In this document: positions 57,403 through 64,000 of the stretch, one piece after another
Position numbering within the stretch: position 1 is the stretch's first letter
Layout of the letters: the number at the start of each line of letters is the position of its first letter
Source: Candidatus Limnocylindrus sp.
Lineage (GTDB): Bacteria > Chloroflexota > Limnocylindria > Limnocylindrales > Limnocylindraceae
Length of the DNA: 64,000 bases
Assembly: GCA_040397235.1 (NCBI GenBank)
Contig: JBBAWH010000001.1
Location: 243,640-307,639, forward strand
Direction of reading: 5' to 3'
Notes under the pieces: generated by a model
Database searches by the model: none
What the model saw: the letters and a program-made list of their open reading frames with translations, nothing else
What the model was told of the DNA's origin: nothing
Position numbers and translations under genes: made by a program

Positions 57403-58633
57403 CACTACCTCCTGCCTGGCTTGGATCCATCGTCTCACGCGATACCGAGAGAAGCAGCCCGATTGCTGCCATCAGAACAATGAGTGAAGAGCCGCCCTGG
57501 GAGACCAGCGGGAGCGGCACGCCTGTCACTGGGAGTAGGGCGAGGACAACCGCAATGTTGATGAATGCTTGCCCGGAGATCCAGACCACGATGCCCGTCG
57601 CCAGCAATGCGCCGTAGGTGTCGGGGGCGCGACGTGCCGTTCGCAGACCACGGAGAGCGATCGCCAAGAAGGCCGCGATCACGATGAGCATGCCGAGCAG
57701 GCCAGCCTCCTCGCCGATCACCGCAAAGATGTAGTCGTTCCATGCATACGGAATATTGATCCCGCCCAGCTGCTGGGAGGAGCCGAGGCCTGAGCCGAGC
57801 GGCCCACCGACCGCCATCGCGATCAAGCCTTGCATTGTCTGATAGGTGGAGCCGGTTGGATCAGAGAACGGGTCGCTGAACCCACCGAGGCGGGCAACCT
57901 GATATCCGTTGACGAACATCAGCGCGATGGCAGCGGCTGCCACGCCAAACCCCGGCACCAGCACCCAGCGCAGGGGGACACCCGCGACAAAGAGGAGCGA
58001 GAACCCGATCAGGCCGAGAATCGACGCGGTGCCCAGGTCTGGCTCAACAAGTACAAGGCCAACGGAGAGCACGATCGCCAAGAGTGGCGAGAGCATCGTC
58101 TCGAACGTCTTGCCGATCTCGTGACCTCGCCGAGCGAGAAAATCAGCCAGGAAGATGATCAGCGAGAACTTCGCCGCCTCAGCGGCGTGAATGCTGATCG
58201 GCCCAACCGAGAGCGACCGTCGGAGCCCAGCCTCGGTGGGAACGCCAGGGATCATCACGGCGATCAGGAGGGCAATCGAGATGATCATGGCGAGGGGTGC
58301 GAACGAGCGCCAGCGGCGATAATCGGCGGCAGAGAGGATGTACAAGAAGGCAAAGCCGATGATTGCGTAGAAGAGCTGCTTGCCACCCGCACCGTAAGCG
58401 TCATTCGTCTTGATCAGGCTATTCATCGCAGACGCAGAGAAGACCATCAGCACCCCGATCCCAACGAGGACGACTGCGGGGAAGAGGATCGCCATATCTT
58501 CGCCAGGACGTTCGATCCGTAGCGCGCTCGCGATGCGCTGGCGCGCAGAGCCGATTCGCTGCGGTGCCCCGCCGCTGGCTGGGCGAGCTCCAGGGGTGCG
58601 CGTCACACCAGGCTGTCGCACGAGTCGGCTCAC
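57308..58633 (-). CDS. ftsW: Peptidoglycan glycosyltransferase FtsW (SEDS family)
   Basis: 441 aa with ~10 TM helices and SEDS motifs. The low-complexity C-terminal tail overlaps the murG 5' end by ~95 nt. Confidence 0.9.
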   Translation of the reverse strand: MSRLVRQPGVTRTPGARPASGGAPQRIGSARQRIASALRIERPGEDMAILFPAVVLVGIGVLMVFSASAMNSLIKTNDAYGAGGKQLFYAIIGFAFLYILSAADYRRWRSFAPLAMIISIALLIAVMIPGVPTEAGLRRSLSVGPISIHAAEAAKFSLIIFLADFLARRGHEIGKTFETMLSPLLAIVLSVGLVLVEPDLGTASILGLIGFSLLFVAGVPLRWVLVPGFGVAAAAIALMFVNGYQVARLGGFSDPFSDPTGSTYQTMQGLIAMAVGGPLGSGLGSSQQLGGINIPYAWNDYIFAVIGEEAGLLGMLIVIAAFLAIALRGLRTARRAPDTYGALLATGIVVWISGQAFINIAVVLALLPVTGVPLPLVSQGGSSLIVLMAAIGLLLSVSRETMDPSQAGGSDARANRGWRNGGTSLPRVRRSSYGSPAPLRR

Positions 58634-60186
58634 TGTGTGGCCTCAACCTGCGCGAGGACGGCGGCGCGGAACGCCTCGCCACGTGCGCCGAAGGGGTTGT
58701 TGTACATATCAAAGCTGGAACCGATCGGGCTCAACAGCAGCGTGGCGCGAATCCCATCTGTGCTCGGGGTGCCGATCTCGTGCGCCAGGCTGGTTCCCAC
58801 CGCTACCGCGCTCTCCACACTCGTCGCGCGCTCAATGCGCTGGAGTCCTGCGCTGCGGAAGAGCGCCTCGAGCTCATCGGAAAGTTCACCCATCACCACG
58901 GCGGCGGAGCAGCGTTCGGCGACAATCGGCGCTAGGTCGGTAAGGTCGAGCCCCTTACTTCGTCCGCCAGCAATGAGGATCAGGGGCTTTGGGAATGAGC
59001 GAACTGCAGCGGCAACCGCATCTGGCTGCGTCGCCTGCGAGTCGTTCACGTAGCGAATGCCGTTGACCACGGCAACCGTCTCGAGTCGGTGCGGAATGCC
59101 GGTGAATGAACCTACCGCGCTCCGGATTGCGTCTGGTGCCACCCCCGCAATGAGCGCCGCGCTGACGGCGGCGAGCACATTGCTCACGCTATGCTCGCCG
59201 GGGAGTGCAATCTCACCGACCGGCATGATGCGCCCACCAGGACCGGTGGCAGCGACACCGCCACCAAAACGCGGTGCGCGCAAAACGCCAGCGGCAACGA
59301 TCCAGCCACCAACAATCCCAACCCCGCCTGGGATTGGGCTACTGAGACGATATCCGACCATCTCAACGCGCCCGATTCCTCCATACGCGGCCACCACTGG
59401 ATCATCAAGGTTGACGACCATGACGCCATCATCGGCGATGCGGTCTGCGAGAAGTCGCTTGACGCTACGGTAGGCAGCAACGCTGCCATGTCGATCGAGG
59501 TGATCAACGGTCACGTTCGTAAACACACCAACATCAACGGCCGAGTGGAGCGATGGGAGCTGCAGCTCCGACAGCTCGATCACCACACGTGTATCCGCTG
59601 GGAGTGTTGCCGCGCGTCCGATCAGTGGCTTCCCGTTGTTGCCACCGAGTTCTACCGGGTGCGATGGGTCTCGCGCCAGAATCGTCGCAATCAGGTTGCT
59701 GGTGGTGCTCTTCCCCTTCGTCCCCGTCACGCCAACACGCCAACGGTTGCCAAGGAGGCGAAGCGCCCACTCCGGCTCACTGATCAGTACTGGGCCACGC
59801 GCACCCCTCTCCCCGACCAGCGGGATCGCCCCAGTGGCAAAGGCGCGAAGGTCACGCTCAATGGTGGGGCGCACCGTAGGGAATCCGAGCGTTACCGCGG
59901 GGCTATGCACAACGAGATCCGCCTCGGCGAGTAGCGGCGCCAGGTTCTCGGCATCGCCGAACGAGGTACGAATTGCGCTGCCAGCGAAAGCCTCGGCAGC
60001 GCCGACCACTCGCTCCATGGTGTCTGTGTCGTGGACCGTCACGTTCGCACCCGCTCCAGCGGCAAATGCCGCAGTTGCTTGGCCGGTGCGCCCGCCACCA
60101 AGGATCAGGACGTTGCGCCCACGCAGGCTCCCCGCCGCAATGGCTGGCGCCTCAAGATCGTTCAGCGTGAGGCCGCCGCCGCTCAT
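58630..60186 (-). CDS. murD: UDP-N-acetylmuramoylalanine--D-glutamate ligase
   Basis: Rossmann-like N-terminus (RNVLILGGGRTGQATAAF), Mur ligase P-loop GVTGTKGKSTTS, 518 aa. Confidence 0.9.
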   Translation of the reverse strand: MSGGGLTLNDLEAPAIAAGSLRGRNVLILGGGRTGQATAAFAAGAGANVTVHDTDTMERVVGAAEAFAGSAIRTSFGDAENLAPLLAEADLVVHSPAVTLGFPTVRPTIERDLRAFATGAIPLVGERGARGPVLISEPEWALRLLGNRWRVGVTGTKGKSTTSNLIATILARDPSHPVELGGNNGKPLIGRAATLPADTRVVIELSELQLPSLHSAVDVGVFTNVTVDHLDRHGSVAAYRSVKRLLADRIADDGVMVVNLDDPVVAAYGGIGRVEMVGYRLSSPIPGGVGIVGGWIVAAGVLRAPRFGGGVAATGPGGRIMPVGEIALPGEHSVSNVLAAVSAALIAGVAPDAIRSAVGSFTGIPHRLETVAVVNGIRYVNDSQATQPDAVAAAVRSFPKPLILIAGGRSKGLDLTDLAPIVAERCSAAVVMGELSDELEALFRSAGLQRIERATSVESAVAVGTSLAHEIGTPSTDGIRATLLLSPIGSSFDMYNNPFGARGEAFRAAVLAQVEATQ

Positions 60187-61154
60187 CCCTGTGCCCGTGT
60201 TGCCAGGAAGGTGACGATACCGAGGATGCCGCCAATCGCGCCGATGATCCAGAAGCGGAAGGTGATCTGCGTCTCCGCCCAGCCGAGCCGCTCGAAGTGG
60301 TGGTGGATCGGCGTGAACAAGAAGATGCGCTTGCCAGTGAGCTTGACGCTCGCGACCTGCAGGATCACCGAGCCGGTCTCCACCACAAAGATGATGCCGA
60401 TCAGTGGCAGGAGCAGCACGTGGCCGGTCACCAGCCCAGTGACTGCGAGTGCGGCGCCGAATCCGAGTGCGCCAGCATCACCAATGATCACGCTCGCCGG
60501 ATGCACGTTGAACCAGAGGAAGCCAACCAACGCGCCCGCGATCAGTGCGCAGACGATCGCAAGGTTCACCTGACCTGGAGCGTTGAGGAGCGCGATCACC
60601 ATATAGCTGATCCAGGCGAAGGTCATGGTTCCGCCAGAGAGCCCGTCGAGGCCGTCGGTAAGGTTCACGCCATTGCTCGTCGCGACGATGGCAACCACGG
60701 CGACGGCAATCCATAAGATTGGTGCGATCGGTACCTCGCCAACAAAGGGCACGACGAGTGAGGAGAAGGCGAAGTGCTGCTGCAGATAGATGGCCGAGAT
60801 GATTGCCACCCCGGTCTGCCAGAGCAGCTTCTGTCGTGCTGAGATGCCATCACCAGTGCGCGCATTAAGCCAGTCATCAAACGCGCCGAGGAGGGTGACC
60901 CCGAGAAGCGCAAGCAGGACGGCGTAGGTTGAGGCGTCGACTACGTCAAGGAGGAGCGCGAGGGCAATCACAATTCCCGTGAGCAGGAGACCACCCATCG
61001 TCGGTGTCCCCTCTTTGACGATGTGCCACTCAGGGCCAAACTCTCGTCGGACGCGCTTGCCGAACCCTGCGTACTTCAAGAGGCGCAGGTAGGCCGGCAT
61101 CAGCACGAAGACACAGACGAATGCGAGTACGAGCGCCTGAACAATGGCAATCAC
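60183..61154 (-). CDS. mraY: Phospho-N-acetylmuramoyl-pentapeptide transferase
   Basis: 323-aa polytopic ORF with MraY motifs (NLTDGLDGL, FDDWLN...). Confidence 0.95.
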   Translation of the reverse strand: MIAIVQALVLAFVCVFVLMPAYLRLLKYAGFGKRVRREFGPEWHIVKEGTPTMGGLLLTGIVIALALLLDVVDASTYAVLLALLGVTLLGAFDDWLNARTGDGISARQKLLWQTGVAIISAIYLQQHFAFSSLVVPFVGEVPIAPILWIAVAVVAIVATSNGVNLTDGLDGLSGGTMTFAWISYMVIALLNAPGQVNLAIVCALIAGALVGFLWFNVHPASVIIGDAGALGFGAALAVTGLVTGHVLLLPLIGIIFVVETGSVILQVASVKLTGKRIFLFTPIHHHFERLGWAETQITFRFWIIGAIGGILGIVTFLATRAQG

Positions 61155-62635
61155 TTCACCTCCTCGCTCCAGCGGGTAGCGAGCCCACCGATTAATCGCT
61201 CCAGCTCTACCGAGCGCGATGCCTTTACCAGGATAGTGTCGCCCGACGCCGCCATGTCGCCCAAGAGTCCAACGGCGGCGGCGATGCCAGCTTCGTCGCT
61301 ACTCAGGCGCATGATCTTCTCGATCGGCATACCGCCAGCCCGCGCCCCCTCGGCAATGCCGTCGGCCTTGGCGCCAAACACGATCAACAGTTCAAGCCCG
61401 CTCGTTGCGGCGGCGTGCCCAACGGCGTTATGGGCGTCGGCGGCGTATGCCCCAAGCTCCCCCATGGCACCAAGCGCCGCAAAGCGGTGTGGGCGGCAGG
61501 CTGCAAGTGTTGCCAGCGCCGCTGCCATGCTGGTCGGCGCAGCGTTGTACGCATCATCAATCACTCGAATGCCCGACATCATGCGCACCGTGGCGCGGCC
61601 AGATGGAAGCTGCACGGTGGCGAGGCGGGCCGCTGCCTCACCTAGTGCGATGCCGCAAAGATCTGCAACGGCGATAGCGAGCGCCGCCGCCTTGGCGAAG
61701 TGAAGCCCAAAGAGCGGCAGATCGACGCGCACCGTTTCAGTACGGATCTGCAAGGTAACGGCGGTGTGGCCCGACGCTTCATCGAGCACTGCATCAACGA
61801 TGCGAATATCGGCGGTCGCGGCGTGGCCGGCCGCAACGCTACGCGCCGGTGTTCGCGTGGTGAGACGAGCGACACGGAGGTCGTCGGCGGCGAGTACAGC
61901 CCAGCCCTCAGGCGAGAGTGCCTCAACGAGCTCACCCTTGCCGCGCTCAATGGCATCAAGGTCCCCTGCCCGCTCGGCGTGCACGGCATCAATGGCGGTC
62001 ACCACACCGATGAGGGGACGCGCCAGGGTGCAGAGCGCCCGAATATCACCCTCGACGTACATCCCCATCTCAGCGACGTAGCGCACGGTTCCGTCGGGGA
62101 GATTGAGCAGCGACATGGGCAGCCCAATCTCGTTGTTGGCGTTCCCTGGGGTGGCGGCGCAGCCGGCCGACTCACCCCCAAGGGCGGCGGCGATGAACTG
62201 CTTCGTCGTGGTCTTCCCCACAGAGCCGGTGACGCCGATCACCTCAAGCGTGAAGCGGTTGCGCCACTCCGTCGCCGCACGACTGAGGGCGGTACGTCCG
62301 TTCTCAACAGTGATCAGCGAGGCACCCGCCGCTCGTACCGCCAGCTCAACCTCGGCCAAAATCTGTCGAAGCTCTGGAGTTGCCTCTCCCCCCTCAAGGA
62401 CAATGGCTGTCGCACCGGCGCGCAGCGCCTCGCTGGCATGGTGGAGGCCGTGCGTTCGCTCACCCGGGAGGGCGAGGAACATCTGACCTGCAGTGGCAAG
62501 GCGCGAATCGACCGCGCAGCCGCGGATCGCCTGCGTGCCATCAGCGATCAGCGTGCCGCCGAGGATGCTGGCAAGTTCGTGGCCCGATGTGGCAAGGGGC
62601 CCGCTCACCGTTCGTGCTGCTGCTGAGGGGGCCAT
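61151..62635 (-). CDS. murF: UDP-MurNAc-tripeptide--D-alanyl-D-alanine ligase
   Basis: GVTGSVGKTTTKQFI P-loop and the MurF-diagnostic IDDAYNAAPTSMAAAL (cf. IDDSYNANPxSM). It lacks the MurE DNPR motif. Confidence 0.85.
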   Translation of the reverse strand: MAPSAAARTVSGPLATSGHELASILGGTLIADGTQAIRGCAVDSRLATAGQMFLALPGERTHGLHHASEALRAGATAIVLEGGEATPELRQILAEVELAVRAAGASLITVENGRTALSRAATEWRNRFTLEVIGVTGSVGKTTTKQFIAAALGGESAGCAATPGNANNEIGLPMSLLNLPDGTVRYVAEMGMYVEGDIRALCTLARPLIGVVTAIDAVHAERAGDLDAIERGKGELVEALSPEGWAVLAADDLRVARLTTRTPARSVAAGHAATADIRIVDAVLDEASGHTAVTLQIRTETVRVDLPLFGLHFAKAAALAIAVADLCGIALGEAAARLATVQLPSGRATVRMMSGIRVIDDAYNAAPTSMAAALATLAACRPHRFAALGAMGELGAYAADAHNAVGHAAATSGLELLIVFGAKADGIAEGARAGGMPIEKIMRLSSDEAGIAAAVGLLGDMAASGDTILVKASRSVELERLIGGLATRWSEEVK

Positions 62636-64000
62636 CAGCCGCGCCTCACGCTGCGGAAGGTTGGTAGATCCCCACCCACCGCCGGCATAACCGGAGCGGA
62701 GGGTTCCGGCGCGCCGGGGTGGGTGGGGGGAGTCAAGCCGCCAGCTGCAGCCGCAACGGCGGGGGAAATGTTGTACACGGAGATGAGATCTTGCGCCACG
62801 CGGCGGAAGAGCTCAAAGGACTCGATGCGATTCACGATCGCACCTTGGCGCTGTGTGACCGGAGTTCCTCGGCGAATGGAGATCGCGATGACGTACTCCG
62901 GCGCAGTCTTGCCGACCCAGCCAACGAAGGTGAAGTTGTAGTGCTCAAAGTCCCACGCACCCTTACCGCCGTCGGCGTCCTTCAGCCAGATCTGCGCGGT
63001 TCCAGTCTTTCCGCCGTAGGCGTACCCGTCCATGCGGGTCAGCTTGGCGTAGAAGGGGACGCTGGATGTTACCTGGCTGGTCATACGTACCATCTGCGCC
63101 GAAATCTCTGGTGAGGTCGCTGTACCACGAACGGTGATTGGAATGGTGACGCCGTCGACTGACTCAACGAGACGTGGACGCACCAGCACGCCACCGTTCA
63201 CGAGCGCGGAGTAGGCAACGGCAAGTTGAATGAGCGTCGTTCCGACACCCTGTCCGAACGAGGCATTCGCGACATCAATCTCGCGCCATCGACGATCGGT
63301 TGGATCGTTCACTAAGCCCTGGCTCTCTCCAACAACGTCAATGCCGGTCTTGCCACCGAAACCGAAGCGCAGCCATGTGGCATAGAGGCGCGCGGCAGCC
63401 TCACGTGCGTTGCCGCCGAGTGAGAGGCCAACCTTGCTAAAGATGATGTTGCGGCTCCAGGCAAGCGCAGCGGTGAGCGTCATGGAACCTTTTGATTTGA
63501 GGTCAGAGTTGCGCACCTTGGTTGCGCCGTTATCAAGCGTGAGCAGTGCCTCATCTTGAATCTTGGTAGTCGGCGTATAGAGGCCCGACTCCAGTGCAGC
63601 GACTGAGGTGATCGCCTTCATCACCGATCCAGGCTCATAGACGCTGGTCGTTGCTGGATTAATGAAACGGCCCGGGTCTCGCGCCGCCGTCACGCCGAAG
63701 TTGTTGGCATCGTAGGAGGGCCATGAGGCTGAGGAGATGATTGCGCCCGTGTACGGGTCCATCACGATTGCGCTCACCGATTCGGCATCATCGGCGATCC
63801 CGGCCGTCGCAACCTCCTGCTCAACCAGGGTCTGCAGCGTGGCGTCGATGCAGAGCTGCAGGTTTGATGGGGTTCGACCTGTCGTTACCTGCGTCGTTTC
63901 TAGCTGACCATCAGTGCCACGCACCGTTGTGCTGACGCTCGCCGCACCGGCGAGCTGCTCGTTGTAATACTCCTCAAGGCCGTACTGGCCACCCCCATCC
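62635..64000 (-). CDS. ftsI: Penicillin-binding protein transpeptidase (FtsI-like), C-terminal part; the gene continues past the window end
   Basis: SxN (AWSRNIIFS) and KTG (GGKTGTAQI) active-site motifs. The stop overlaps the murF start. Confidence 0.85.
   Translation of the reverse strand, partial: DGGGQYGLEEYYNEQLAGAASVSTTVRGTDGQLETTQVTTGRTPSNLQLCIDATLQTLVEQEVATAGIADDAESVSAIVMDPYTGAIISSASWPSYDANNFGVTAARDPGRFINPATTSVYEPGSVMKAITSVAALESGLYTPTTKIQDEALLTLDNGATKVRNSDLKSKGSMTLTAALAWSRNIIFSKVGLSLGGNAREAAARLYATWLRFGFGGKTGIDVVGESQGLVNDPTDRRWREIDVANASFGQGVGTTLIQLAVAYSALVNGGVLVRPRLVESVDGVTIPITVRGTATSPEISAQMVRMTSQVTSSVPFYAKLTRMDGYAYGGKTGTAQIWLKDADGGKGAWDFEHYNFTFVGWVGKTAPEYVIAISIRRGTPVTQRQGAIVNRIESFELFRRVAQDLISVYNISPAVAAAAGGLTPPTHPGAPEPSAPVMPAVGGDLPTFRSVRRG

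Overview
This is a high-GC, densely packed chromosomal core region from a bacterium. About 90% of it is coding, and nearly every gene lies on the minus strand, many joined by 4-nt ATGA/GTGA overlaps. The gene order shown by the sequence, by ascending coordinate, is: recJ (5' part) - secF - secD - uvrC - small ORF - uvrA - uvrB - coaE - ABC-F ATPase - fpg - polA - anti-sigma - ECF sigma - 2x tRNA-Leu (+) - small ORF (+) - UbiA/MenA prenyltransferase - dnaE - [+ strand: CoA-binding protein / unknown 248-aa protein / PfkB kinase] - small membrane ORF - gatB - aminotransferase - gatA - gatC - ligA - pcrA - groEL - groES (with a CIRCE operator) - tatD - metG - ssb-like (+) - rsmI - nadE - NadE-type CN-hydrolase/glutaminase - orphan ABC substrate-binding lipoprotein - NUDIX hydrolase - acnA (+) - nucleoside hydrolase - tRNA-Val - yggT - yggS - ftsZ - ftsA - ftsQ - ddl - murB - murG - ftsW - murD - mraY - murF - ftsI (partial). 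I saw no transposase, integrase, CRISPR array, toxin-antitoxin or recognisable defence system. The many long + strand ORFs in the track are arginine-rich antisense artefacts typical of a high-GC genome. The lineage cannot be fixed from sequence alone: ftsA is present, which argues against classical Actinobacteria, and secD and secF are separate genes. The strongest candidates for undescribed biology are the three-gene + strand module containing an unrecognisable 248-aa protein, the split glutamine-dependent NAD synthetase gene pair, and the unusually complete contiguous DNA-repair operon (polA-fpg-...-uvrB-uvrA-orf-uvrC) with a small unannotated ORF between uvrA and uvrC. Coordinates for features I placed by hand (tRNAs, CIRCE, terminator, palindrome) may be off by 1-2 nt.
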